DNA from: the human T2T-CHM13v2.0 reference genome, Homo sapiens | Assembly (NCBI RefSeq): GCF_009914755.1 | Contig: NC_060932.1 | DNA length: 64,000 nt | Reading direction: 5' to 3' (one strand) | Shown: positions 13,201-26,360 of the stretch, piece after piece | Layout of the letters: each line of letters begins with the position of its first letter | Numbering within the stretch: the first letter of the stretch is position 1 | Translations under genes and position numbers: made by a program | The notes under the pieces: model-generated | The model's input: only the letters and a program-made list of their open reading frames with translations | The model's database searches: none | Told to the model about the DNA's origin: nothing

Positions 13201-14428
13201 AGAACAAGAAATATCCTTTTGTATAATTTCTATATTTTCTTTTCTTTCTATAGTTTCTTTTTTCATCTAAGGTTGTAAACTTAATTTTTGAAGAGTTGAC
13301 TCCCCACCAAATTATGCGTTTCCTCATTTTTCAACTTATATCAGTGGTGAATCCTAGTCTTCCTAAGAATTATAGTTGAATTTTTGTAAAATTGTCTGTA
13401 TTTTTTATGGTTTTGCTAGGATAAATTATTTGACTTCTTTGCTAGAGGAAAACTGTGCTATTCTCTTCCAGTAAGTATTCTCGGTTGGAGAAACCACTTC
13501 TGATTTACTCCTAGGCTAGTTAGAGACCAAATGGTTGGCCATGGGCTGCTGTGTTGCTGTGAGGCCTGAACTGCCTGCCTGTCATGAATGGCATTTGTCC
13601 AACTCATGGAGCATTTCATCAAACAGGCGAAGTTATGCCTGAGATTGGGCACAAGTAAATAATTTTCACCACTAAATGACTCAGATTCCCAGAGCATATA
13701 CTCCTGGTGCATTGTTTTCCTTCTCACAACCTGCATCAAGTATTCTCTATGAACAGTTTACTGAAGACGAAAAAATTGCTCCTGGCTTTCAGACTGGTCT
13801 CCACAGTATTCTGTTACTATCCAGCAGCAGACATCTGAAGGACTGCAGTCCCACTCTGGTGTCATCCTGAAGAACAGTGATGGGGGAAATGCTCTGCATC
13901 CTCTATCATGTGGGCAGCACTTTTGAGCAGGGCACTGAGTGATTCTTTTTACCTAGAAAGAGAGATAGCCATAGGGATCCTCACTGATTCAGAAACAACA
14001 GACCATTGTCTGGCTCAATCCTCAGGAAGTTGGAGGGAATATATTTGGAAAGTTGGGGAAAAGGTTTTAAGAAAAGGTATAGAATGACCTTTCCAAAGCG
14101 GCACAGAGAGTGAAAATACTTGCATTTTATGTAAATACTCACTAAATAGCAGTCTTAGTAGCAAAGAGTTTTAATAGTCAGATGGACAAGATGAGCTGTT
14201 AAGTAGATGCTAGGGAGCTTCTTGCATCAGATGCCCCTAAACTCAGCCAATGGCCTCATGAGCAAACTGTGCCTGACAACAGGAATGGGCATTACACATG
14301 GACTCAGCTACATGGATTTCCTTTCTCAAAATCAATCTGGTTACCACTGTGGATTGCTTAGCTTACCAAGAGCAAGCCCACAGCCCATGAATGGCACCAT
14401 TTTCTCAGTAGACAATCCAGCCACTTAG

Positions 14429-14564
14429 CAGGTTTATTACATTGGGTAACTTTCTGCAGTGAAATAGATACTTATTCTAGATATGGCTATGCCTTCCAGG
14501 TTGATTACATTGGGTAACTTTCTGCAGTGAAATAGGCACTTACTCTAGATATGGCTATGCCTTC
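14429..14564 (+). repeat. 68-bp tandem duplication within the ERVL integrase remnant
   Basis: caggtt(t/g)attacattgggtaactttctgcagtgaaatag...tagatatggctatgccttc at 14429-14496 and 14497-14564, 4 mismatches. Confidence 0.95.
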
Positions 14565-14799
14565 CTTCTTTGACCAAAGTACTTCTGCCAAAATCTCCTT
14601 CTGTGAGATTATCGAACACGTTATTCAATGTCATCGTATTCCACACTACATTGATTCTGAACATGTGAGTGATTTTGTACCAAATGAAGTGCAGCACAAG
14701 CACATGTTCATGGATTTACTGGTCCTACCATATTCTTTATCATTTTGACATAGCTAAACCAATAATAGAATGGTGGGAGGCCTCTTGTTTATTTTTTCT

Positions 14800-15010
14800 T
14801 TTAATATTCAATGAGTTTCAAAATGTGATTTAGTTTAGGTAAGTTTTAGATTTACAGAAAATTTGAGAGATAGTACAGAGAGTTCCCACATCTCATTTCT
14901 CCCATTATTAACATCTTCCATATAATACATTTGTTACAATGAATGAACTAATATTAATAAATTACTGGTAACTAAATTCATGCTTTATTCAGATTTCCTT
15001 ATTTATTAGC
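14800..15010 (-). mobile_element. L1MC-like 3'UTR fragment inserted in the ERVL
   Basis: ttttagatttacagaaaatttgagagatagtacagagagttccca...catttgttacaatgaatgaac...ctttattcagatttcctt. Confidence 0.75.
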
Positions 15011-16025
15011 TTCCTCAAGTGTTTTGTCTTTCTGAATGACACTAGTGGCTGGTGACACTTTGTGAGACTGAATCAGCACTGAGAATGTGGTGCTCGTCCT
15101 CCCATCACTGGGATGTACTTGTGTGGGTTCGAGATGTGGAACTCAGAGTGGCTCCTTTTCTCATTACCCTAAAGACCTACCAGCAATATTTTTGTATCCC
15201 ATCTTTGCGATTTTGGACTCTGCTGATTTCTCCCAAAGATTAAATGCTTCGACCAGAAAATACAATGGTTTCATTAAAAGCTCTGGAAGGATTCTAGTCA
15301 GTAGGCTCCTCAGGCCAGTGAAATCAACTGGCACATATAATTGCTGCATAGGTTAGAGTGATTGTTCCTTGGTATCAGAAGGAAGTTGAATCTCTATTAC
15401 ACAGTAGGAGTAGGAAGAAGCCTGGAACTCAGGAAATCCTTCTTAGTTCTCTCAGGTCCTTTGATAAATGTAAATGTTAAATTATATTAGCCCAATACAG
15501 GCAGAACTTTTAATGAACAGACCCATCGTTGATGAAAGCTTTGGTTACTTCTCCAGGTAAAGAACCATGACCAGCTGATGGACTTTCTAAAAGTGAAGGG
15601 AATATGGATAAAGAAATAATTTATAAATAATAACTACAACCAAGTGAATAGTTATAGAAATGAGAACTATAGTACTTATGAATATTTGTTCGCTGTTTTA
15701 ATATGAATATGTTTGTGTGTATACCAATTTTCTTTCATTTTCTCTCCTTCATGAATCTATTTTTAACCTTATATTTGTTAAAGTGGATCATCCTATATCT
15801 CAGTATATATGTTGTATAATATCAAATGACTCAGCTAGAAAAATGAAAATCACCCGATGATCATGTCACAGAACTTTACATACCCTTTCTTTTATTGCCA
15901 TGTTTTTGATTGTATGAGGGATAAATATGTCATAAGTAATTGAGCATAATTTTACTATTGTCATTGTTTGAAAGTTAAAAATTGTGGAAACAGGTACCTG
16001 GATGCCATCTTAACAGAAGTTGGGC

Positions 16026-16558
16026 TATACTGGCTCATTCTATTATTGACTTAATTTAACTAGAAATTATATTTTCCAGAATTGCTTTTACTGTTTGATT
16101 CCAAGTCACAGTTGTACCAAAGAGGAAGCTACGTCTGATGTGGAGGGGCAGAAGTTATGCAAGAGCAATTACTCTTGGAAGGTTGCCCTGATTCCATGGG
16201 AAACTTGACTGAAGCCAAAGTTCCAGCTTGCCTCTCCCTTTTCTGCAATACTCCCAGGTGATCAACAGTGGCCCAGACTTATTACCAGAAACCCTCCTCT
16301 GAATCACAGAGGCGGCAGCTTCCCAAAGACCACTCCACCAGCAATTTATTTGAAGTCCCACTTCAGCAGTTAGACAGCCTGGGCTTCTTAGTTTGCTTTA
16401 TTGGTAACTCCTCTTACACCCTAAAGTCTCCATTTAGATTTCCTCTTTACCAGGTTTTCCAACAATTTCAGCAAGCAAGGTCTAAATCCTTTATGAAATC
16501 CATTATTGAATATCCCATATATGTTCTACTTTCTTGACTGAACCTTGTCTATTGTATG
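16026..16558 (+). mobile_element. ERVL-class LTR (LTR40/41/33-like), probable 3' LTR of the preceding internal region
   Basis: Follows the internal region directly; aactagaaattatattttccagaattg start motif and gttctactttcttgactgaaccttg end motif. Confidence 0.6.
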
Positions 16559-18198
16559 CATGAAAGAATGCAGATCACTTGCAAGGACAAATGTGTGGGT
16601 AGGGATCAAGTACGTTTGACTAAATAAAGCAACACTAATAACTATGTTTTACGGGTTTTATTACATAAATAGTAACAGAATATCTATGATAAGAATGGAA
16701 AGGAGGGATAACAATAAATGGAGGAAAGTTTCTTGATTCATTTAGGAAATGGTAAAAGTATCAATTTAAAGAAAACTGCAATGAATCAAATGTGTATACG
16801 AAATTCTCATGAAGCCATAATATAAACACTAACCCAAATGAGGAGATAAAATAAAATAATTTAATAAAAACTTGCATTATCCCAAAGGAAATCAGAAAAG
16901 AGGGGAATCAAAAAGAGAGAGAAGATAATTTTTAAAAATCAATGAAAATATGATACAGTTAAAACCAATATATATCAATAATTAAATTAAATGTATCTAA
17001 ATTAATTTGTCAAAAAAAAGACAAAGATTGTCAGGTTCACTGTCAAAAAAAGACACAACTGTTGGTTGTTTATAAGAAACACAATATAGAGGACACAAAT
17101 AACTGAAGTAAATACATGGAAAAGACACAGCACACAATATTAAAAATATGTTTTTGTGACTTTATTAGGAATTGGGCACAGAAGACTTTAAAACAAACAG
17201 TATTAGTTATAAAGACAGATAAGTTACAATGATGAATGAGATAATTCAAAAGAAAAATATTATAATCCTAAAATCTTAAGATCTTAAAGTCATATCTTCA
17301 AATTTTGTAGCTAAAATTGTCAGAACGAACATAAGAAATAGACACACACACAGACATTGTTGTAAATTTTAACACATTTCTCTTAATAACTGATAAATGA
17401 AGCAGAAATAGTAGTAAACATACAGAAAATTGAAACATGATTATTGTGTTAACCTATTTGACATTGAAATAAAATCTCCAAGATGCATTACTTTCAATTG
17501 CAAATGGAACATTTACTGAAAGAGACTACATACTGTACCGCAAAACAAATATCAACCAATTGAAAAGAATAGAAACATACAAAGCCTGTTTTCTGATTAC
17601 AAGTGAAATAAACAAAAAAATGAATCAAAAAACAAATCCTAAAAGTACTTCATATTTAGAAATTATGCGACACCTTCCAAATAATCAATGAAAAATGAGA
17701 AGACGAAGTAAGAAATATGGTGTACTAATTTTAAAAATAAATAAAAAGTAGGAAAACAAATGTGATGTGGCCAAAACAGTGGCTAATATAATAAATTTGC
17801 AGCAAGAAGTATAAAGAACAAAAGAGGATGAATACACATTACTAATATAAGAAATAGAAAATTGGACAAAAATATGTACATATTAATATTACATGCCTAT
17901 TAATAATCTGGGACAATTGTAAAGAAGCTTTTGAGTGAAAAACACAACTTAAAAAGTCTAATAAAAATAAAAACAGAAGGATCTGAAAAAAAGTATGTCT
18001 GTTAAAAAATTTTAATTCCTAATTAAAACTCTTTCCACAACAAAATCTCCAAGATGGCCTGATTTCTATCAAACATTTAAGAAGCAAATTCCAAAGTCAC
18101 ACAAATTCTTCAAGAAATTCATGGAGGAAGGAACACTTCTCTACTTGTTTTATGAAGCCAGCATAATTCAGATACTGATATATGAAAAGTAGTTACAA

Positions 18199-18305
18199 AA
18201 GGAAGGAAAGAAGGAGGGAAGGAAGGAAAAGAAAAGATGGAAGGAAGGGAGGGAGAGAAGAAAGAAGGAAGGAAGGAAAAAAGGAAGGAAGGGAGAGAAA
18301 GGAAA
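18199..18305 (+). repeat. (GGAA/GGGA)n purine-rich simple repeat
   Basis: ggaaggaaagaaggagggaaggaagg... read directly. Confidence 0.9.
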
Positions 18306-18455
18306 AAAATTACTGACCAATATCTCTCACCAGCATTAACTCAAAAACACAAAATATTAGGAAAATGGATTCACAGAAATATCAGAAAAGTAGTACACCA
18401 ACTGTTGCTTTTCTTGGCAATGCAACTGAGTTTAACATTGAAAAACAATCAATCA

Positions 18456-18742
18456 GGCCTGGCGTGGTGGCTCATGCCTGTAATCCCAGCACTTTGGGAG
18501 GCCAAGGAGGGCAGATTGCCTGAAGTCAGGAGTTTGATAACAGCCTGGCTAACATGGTGAAATCCCGTCTCTACTAAAAATACAAAAATTAGCTGAGCAT
18601 GGTGGTGCATGCCTGTAATCACAGTTTCTCGGGAGGCTGAGGCAGGAGAATTGCTTGAACCTGAGAGGCAGAGGCTATAGTGAACGGAGACCTTGCCGCT
18701 GCACTCCAGCCTCTGTGACAGAGCAAGACTCTGTTAAAAAAA

Positions 18743-18778
<36 letters not shown>

Positions 18779-18786
18779 GAAAAAAA
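18456..18786 (+). mobile_element. AluS with long A/AAAAG tail
   Basis: ggcctggcgtggtggctcatgcctgtaatcccagcactttgggagg...gagcaagactctgtt(A)n; TSD-like aaaaacaatcaatca / aaaaatatctatca. Confidence 0.96.
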
Positions 18787-20659
18787 CGAAAAATATCTAT
18801 CAGTGCAATGCACCACATTAACAGAGTATAGAGAAAAACACTCAACAGGTTCTGAAACACATTTTCTAAATTCAAAACATATTTTTAATAAACCCCCATA
18901 GGAAAATGGAGATGGAAAGAGACTTTCTTATTTGATAGAAGTATCTACAAAAGCTACAGCTATCATAATTGTGAAATTGTGGTAAAAGGACAAAGATGAC
19001 TACCGTGGCTTATATTAAACTTTGTGCTGAAGGTCCTAACCAAGGCAATAGGACATGCAAAATAATTAAGCAGTATAAAGATAGGCAAGAAAGCACTAAA
19101 TAAATCTTTATTTGTAGTTGATATGGTTGTTCACATGGAAAATACAAATGAATCTTAAAAAAACTGGTTATACTTAATAAGCATCTATAAATTCACTAAA
19201 TGAGTCAATTCAGCAGAGGTACTGGATTCACAGTCAATATACAAAAGGTAATTCTAACTAGCAAAAATAATGGGAATTTTAAAAAACACTATTTATGATA
19301 GCATTAAAATTTTAAAGACCTACAATTCAGCCTGGCAATGATATGCAAAATTTATATATTGAAAACTACAAAACATCACTGGGAGAATTTAAAGAAGCTA
19401 TCATCTTGATGGATTGCAATATTCAGTCTTCTTAGGATGTCAAGTCTCCCCAAAATGTACTTATATATTCAATGAGATCCAAACTAAAGCTCCATCATAA
19501 TTTGGAAATTTACAAACTGTTTCTAAAATTTGTATGGAAATGCAAATGGTCTAGAATAACCCAGAAAATATTGAAAAAAATAGAAACAATAACAAAGTTG
19601 AAGGACTCACAGTATACTTCACAACTTATGTATAACATAATACATAAATAATATAAATAATGGCCCATGTGCAGAGATAAAACAGATACTGAATAACTTA
19701 AGAGAAAATTCTGGGGAGCTATTAGGCTTCCAATATTTGCCGGCATGTTTTTTCATTTGTTCGTTTGTTAGCTGTTTTTTTTTTTCCCTGCTGTTTTGTA
19801 TCTGTTTTCTTTATAATAATGAAAGCTTACCGTGAGTATGTTCTGTGGAATTTCTGAGCTTCTTTTTTTTAATTATCTGACCCATGCAATCATTGCAAGA
19901 CTTAAATAAGCATCTAAAAGAAATATAAAAATTCTCAATAGGCATTTGAATAAGGGTCCAGCATCATTAATAACCAGGAAAATGGAAGTTAAAACCTTGA
20001 TGAAATGCCACTATAAATACATTATGAGTAAAACAAACATGCCCAGAGCAAATTGAGAATATCTTTTGGTGGCAAGGAGGAACTGGAACTCTTCTATATT
20101 GTTAGTGGGACGATTGACTGGTACGACATATTGGAAGCCTGTCTGACAGTATCTATTAAAGAAAAATATATGTCTATTGTATGTTTCACCAATCCCATTC
20201 CTATATATATATGAAAATGGGATAAGTACCTCCCAAAAGGTCTTTACAATAATGTTCCATTGCTTCATAATATGAAGAAATTGGAAAAGTTCCAAATGCC
20301 TAAAAACAAGTATAAAATAAATTGTGATATATTCGGTTACTATAATGCTACACATTCTATGGATAAATGCGTCAATAAGGTTGATTTTAATGATACTATG
20401 TTAAACCAAAGGAGTTAGACAATTGAGTACATTGATAATTCCATTTATTCTACTTTTAAGAACCAGCAGAAGAAGTTGAGTCATGGAAGTAAGAATAGAT
20501 GTAAACTCTGACCTGGGGTTGTTCACTAAAATGGGGCAGGGGGTGAGTTCTGGGTTGCTGGAAATAGTTTATATTTTAACCTAAGTATGGTTAAATAGAT
20601 TGACTTCCATCACCATAAATCAAGTAATATTATATAGATTAAAGTACTTAAAACAAATA

Positions 20660-21050
20660 CCTTGATATTATAACAGGATGAAACAAATCAGTGAAACAAA
20701 TAAAAGCAAACAAATTAACACGTTATGCTAGCATTATTATGAGACATTTCAATTATGTGGGAAAAATTATTTAAAAAATGATTTGGGGAAAACCAGCTGT
20801 CATTTAATAATATAAATTGTCATCACTCAAGGTAATATTTTCATTATATTTAAATACTAATAAAACAGTGGTCAAAGCATCAGAAAAATAGAGAATGAAC
20901 TTTTTTAAATCAAATAACATACCTAAAAACAAGTTCTATAATACAAGTTTAATCAATTTTACCACAAGAAAGCTAAGAATAATCTGTACAGTGAAATACA
21001 CCATTAATAAAATATAGGCTATTGATATGCTGAGAGAAAATATTTGCAAC
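20660..21050 (+). mobile_element. Old L1M ORF2 3' fragment
   Basis: ttggggaaaaccagct...acaccattaataaaat...gagaaaatatttgcaac. Confidence 0.55.
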
Positions 21051-22090
21051 GGTGTGTTACAGATTTTTGGAAATATTTACCTGCTAGCCCCAAGCAGCTG
21101 GGAAAGTGAGTACCTGGTCTTGAAGAAAGAATTCAGACAGTACAAGAAAACATCCACCAGGCATGTGGGAAAAGGTGTCCAAAGCCACACAGGTAACTAC
21201 AGGAACTAACACATTAATACCAGTCACCTTTGTCCAAAATTACTTCATTAATATAATTACAAAACTACAATGGCCCAACAATTTCTCTTGTATATGTGGT
21301 ACAATTTTATATAGTGGGCTAATAAGTATATGCTCAGACTACTGCTCTCATAGGAGTCAATGTGAAACATAAAAGAATGATTTCATTGAACATGGCCTTC
21401 TATAATATGTATGTTTATAATTAATGAGAATGTCACTATTCTTGCTAGTGTTTTATAAAACTTAACTCCTAAGTCTTTACATTATCATTGTGAGGAAGGT
21501 CAAGTCCATTAATTTTGTTCTTCTGTTCTGAGAAACTGTATCATAGGGAGAGAACAATGATATATTTTATGCCACTTATTAAGACATAGGTGAAACAAGA
21601 ATAGAAAGGTTAACTGACTCTTATTCCCTAGGCAATAGGAACCTTTATGCATGTAATGCCATTACAGAGGTACTCATGGTGCATTCTCATTTATTTTCAC
21701 AGAATCCCTCTATCCTTGTATTACCATTTCTAATTTTAATATCTAAATGTTCAAAAAAGTTACTAAGAACTTCCTAACAGTCATACAGCTTATCAATGAA
21801 GCACCACAACACTGACCTCCTTTGTATTTCATTTCCTGATTCACTGTCCTCTCTTAACGTTCTGATTGTATTCTGCAGAGGCAGCAGAATTCATCATACT
21901 TTTATTGGTTACACATCTCTGTAAAAGATAAACAACATGAGTGTAAGCAGAATTGTTTCATTGTTTTAAAATTACATTTTGACACACTGATGGATTATTG
22001 ATTAATTTTCTGGTATTGCCACCAATGTTCTTTTCATTTATACAAATTATTAGCTAACTCCTTGAAGTCAAGAGTTATATCTATGATTTA

Positions 22091-22344
<254 letters not shown>

Positions 22345-23194
22345 AAAGTTGTATCTATGATTTCCCGTAGTTAGAAAAATTTAAGATCGCAAATTGGATT
22401 TGGCAAACTAAATGAAAGCTATATTTAGTTATCATATCACTGGAGCACTGTATTGAGAATATTGTAAGCAGTTAAATGCGGCTTGGTAACAAAGAAATTG
22501 ATAATACATTCGGACATCAGGAGAAAAAATATGGTCTGGAGAGTTCAGGTGTTGACCTGAGGCATTCATAGTCACAATCTTCACTAATCATCTAAAAAGG
22601 TGTGTAGAACATAGGAAATTATGTAGTCACGTAGGTAGATGATATTGACATGGCTATTTTAGGGAGAAAAGCAACGTATACATGGTTATTTGCATTTCAG
22701 TTAATTGCCAAGTAACAGCTCTAAATTAAAGATTGAGGCGTTTTTAAGCAATTATTTGATTTTCTTTATAATGTGCTATCTGAACTGCATCTAACCTAAC
22801 CTTCCAAGAACCCTGGACAATGTGTTCTACATCTGCCAGATGGCAGTGCACTTGGCTCAGGAAAGTATTTGGAGAGGGAGACAGCACTGGATGTTGAATA
22901 TCTCTTGATGCTGTATTATGACTGGAATGCTGGGGATGCTCCTAGGAGGAACGACAGCAAATCTGCGCTAGAGCTCTTCTTTTCCAAACTAGCAGGAGAA
23001 AATTAATGTTTGTCTGTGACGCCATGAGAAGTAGGGATGTTGCCTCAACACAGCGTGCACAGATCATAGCCTCTCAGCTGGTCTGTTCCCTTCTGAGAAT
23101 CAAAGAGACTAATTTTAGAGTCTGTGACTCTGGACTCTCTTTCAAATCCTGATTTATTGTATGAAATGACCAAAGATAACACATTTCTCTCTAA

Positions 23195-23578
<384 letters not shown>

Positions 23579-24284
23579 ACATTTATAAGTTGCATTCCCG
23601 TGTTATGAATGACAGAAATGATTTTACCTCACATGTAATTCTTTTTGTAGCTTCGCATAAAGGGATACTTGTTATTTGTTTCATATGCTTTGGAAGATAG
23701 CACATGTTTATATTATTTCATAGTTACTTCCCAAATGAAAAAATTTAAAAATTATATTAGTCAAATACAATTATTTACACAAATTAAAGTAATATTTTAT
23801 TAAAAAATAGACTCCATAAGGCATTTACTTTTGATTATTAAAGAAATATTAGAACAGACCTGTAAATTAAATAAAATGAATTATTTCAACACCTCTGAAA
23901 ATAATGATTTTAAAAATTTTGATGGATACCTTTATAATCTTTGTACATGCATAATAATATACCTTTATCTCATGATATTCATATTTTTGGCAGAGACTTT
24001 TAAGAAAAAAATGCACAACCAGTCTCAATACAAAATATTAAGTGTGCTTGGAACTATAACTAAAATAATATTTGTTTATGTGTTTATCTTAGAAACAATC
24101 TAGACACATCATGAAAGAACTAAGATTAAAGTTTTAAATTTTATCTCGAGATAAAGAGAAGTAATATAAGATCATTTTAAAACCACTTAAACCCTTATGT
24201 TCAAACCAAAGCTATTGAAAATTAACATGAAATTACCAGTTTATTTGGTCAAAAGGTAAAAAAATTATCAATAGCACATTTTGT

Positions 24285-24910
24285 AAACATTAGATTATTT
24301 CTCAGGTTAGAGTAGTTATATAAGTGATAAGAAGTCAGCTTGAAATAATCGTTGTAAATCATATATCTGATTTAAAAATATTATCTCCAGAATATGCAAA
24401 AAATTCTTAAAATTCAACAGCAACAAATACCCTAATTAATAAATAGGCAAAACGATTTGAGAAGACATCTCACCAAAAAACTATAAAGATGATAGCAAAT
24501 AGGCATTATGAGAAGACACTCAGCATTCACTCATCATTAGAGAAATGCAAATTAAAACAACAATGAGATATCACTACGTATTTATTGGAATGGCTCAAAT
24601 GCAAAAGTCTGATGATAACCACTACTGACAACTCTGCAAAGCATTGGAAACCCTCATTTATTGCCAGTGAGACTGTAAATTTGTCCAACCATTGGAAGAC
24701 ATTTCTACAGTTTCTTATAAAACTGAGCATAGTCCAGTATTTGAATTTCCAGTTATTTACCCAATTGATTTAAAAAAACTATGCCAATATAAACTTCCAT
24801 GCATGAATGTTTGTAACAGTTTTACTGATAATCATTTATTCAATTTATTCATAATTTCCCCAAATTTTCAGCAACAAATACATCCACCAATAGATGAATG
24901 GATAAACTAA
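24285..24910 (+). mobile_element. Old L1M ORF2 C-terminus/3'UTR fragment
   Basis: catcattagagaaatgcaaattaaaacaacaatgagatatcact; catccaccaatagatgaatggataaac. Confidence 0.85.
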
Positions 24911-25079
24911 CCGAAGAATAATGATTTCTTGAGTTTTCTGGAATCCACCCATTTCTTAATGAAAATTATCATTTTATTTATAATCCCCAATCCTAAATAC
25001 AGCATGTGGTGAGAATGGGTATTTAAAAAGTATTTTTAATACCAAGCTATTTGAACATTATGCCACTAATGACACATTA

Positions 25080-25760
25080 ATGTCTTAAATTAACTCATTG
25101 CTCTAGCTCACATTTATTACTCCCTTTTTACATGTGAAAACTCTATTTAGTGACTTCATCCAGATCAACTGTAAGAAACTAATGTCCTGAATGAGGCAAA
25201 GTTAACACTAGATCCTTCTCAATAATTTCTAAATCATTCTATGTCTGCTGCCCAATGCCACTGTCCTCGTTTTTGTTTCCACCTTGCATTTGGACTACTA
25301 AACTGGTGGAATAACTAGTCTTATTTGACCTCAGGTTACTTCTCAACCAATCTCTTTTCCACATGGTTCTAGATTTTATCCCCCTAACTTTCACTGCTGT
25401 GCTGGAAAAACCTTCAATTAGTTTAATCTCCTTTGTGGAGTACTCAAAGTTATTGAGAATCTGACCCACCTTCATGTAATGCCTTTCACCACTTTTATAC
25501 CCTTCTCCTGTCTCTGAACCCAGTGTTCTACTGATATATCATTGCTTTCCAATTTTCCTATTTTAGAACACTTTTCTAAAAATCCTTTATGAATATTACT
25601 GCTATTGATTGCGTCTCATTCTTCTAAGTTAAGTTGAGAAATCATCTCCTGCTTTAAACTATCCATGATTACCTCATTGGAATTGTTTGCTCACCCTTCC
25701 TCCTAGAGTAAAATTTAAAACAAAATCATTTATACCTTTAACGACCTTTATTACTTGCAT
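25080..25760 (+). mobile_element. L2 fragment(s)
   Basis: Pyrimidine-rich L2-like motifs (caccttgcatttggactact; atcatctcctgctttaaactatccatgatt). Confidence 0.5.
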
Positions 25761-25859
25761 TAATAATCACAGGCGAGACTGCAGCAACACCGGTGGTGCC
25801 TCTGCAATCACTCCTGAATTTTGTCTTGATAAAGGAAATGATGAGGGTGAGATGAGTGT

Positions 25860-26360
25860 TGGGAGTGTCTTTTTGACATGTGTGCTTTTAGATGTTTAAT
25901 AAATGCCTGAGGTGAAATTTGAATAAGCAATTTAGGATATGAGTGGCAACCTCTTAGGAATGTCAAGCCTAAAGATGTAAATGCAGAAGTCATTAGCTGT
26001 GGATAACCATGTGAGGACACTGAGTGTGTGAACATGGAAGGCAGACTGGAGCTGAGGACTGTGTGGGGGAGATTTCAACATTTAGAGATTAGAAATGGGA
26101 GACACTTGTAACTAAAGTGGAGAATAAAGTCGGTGAGTAAAGAGGACAACCAAGAATGTTTTGAGAAGGAGGAAGTGATCAACAGCCTCAAAGGGTTCTG
26201 ACACATCTGATAAGATGAGGATGAAGGCAAGATGGAAGTCACTGTGATTTCTAAAGCAAATTCAGAGGAGTGATGAGATAAACCTATCTGGCATCAAGTT
26301 GGTGGTGAAAAAAAAAACAGATAATGAGGCATTGAAGTAAGAATTTATAGACAACCCTTG
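25860..26360 (-). mobile_element. L2 fragment
   Basis: aagcaatttaggatatgagt...aagatgtaaatgcagaagtcattagc...gaaggaggaagtgatcaacag...gataagatgagga, typical antisense L2. Confidence 0.65.

Larger units (their letters stand above)
13450..16025 (+). mobile_element. Decayed ERVL-class internal region (RNase H, integrase, dUTPase, 3' leader)
   Basis: Frameshifted remnants colinear with ERVL pol: EQFTEDEK (~13750), ctgaagaacagtgatggg (LKDSGEG), caatggcctcatgagcaa (QWAHEQ), GTIFSVDNPAT (cf. GTIPRGDQPAT), QCHRIPHYIDSEH (cf. HRHGIPHSIASDQ); dUTPase-like stretch ~15210-15440; tccaggtaaagaaccatgaccagctga. Confidence 0.85.
16600..20640 (+). mobile_element. Old, fragmented L1M (L1ME-like) from the inter-ORF region through ORF2 to the 3'UTR
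   Basis: A-rich degenerate ORF2 motifs (gatttctatcaaacatttaagaag; ttttatgaagccagcataa; tatattgaaaactacaaaacat; tttgtatggaaatgcaaa) and L1ME-like 3'UTR (gttctgggttgctggaaatagtttatattt). Confidence 0.8.

Noticed and set aside
21050-21210. Possible ERV1 LTR start fragment (tcttgaagaaagaattcagac)
   Set aside because: The resemblance is too short to support a family call.
23831-24103. 90-aa ORF in non-repeat DNA
   Set aside because: Extremely AT-rich, with I/N/K/F/Y-biased composition and a TTG start; consistent with a chance ORF.
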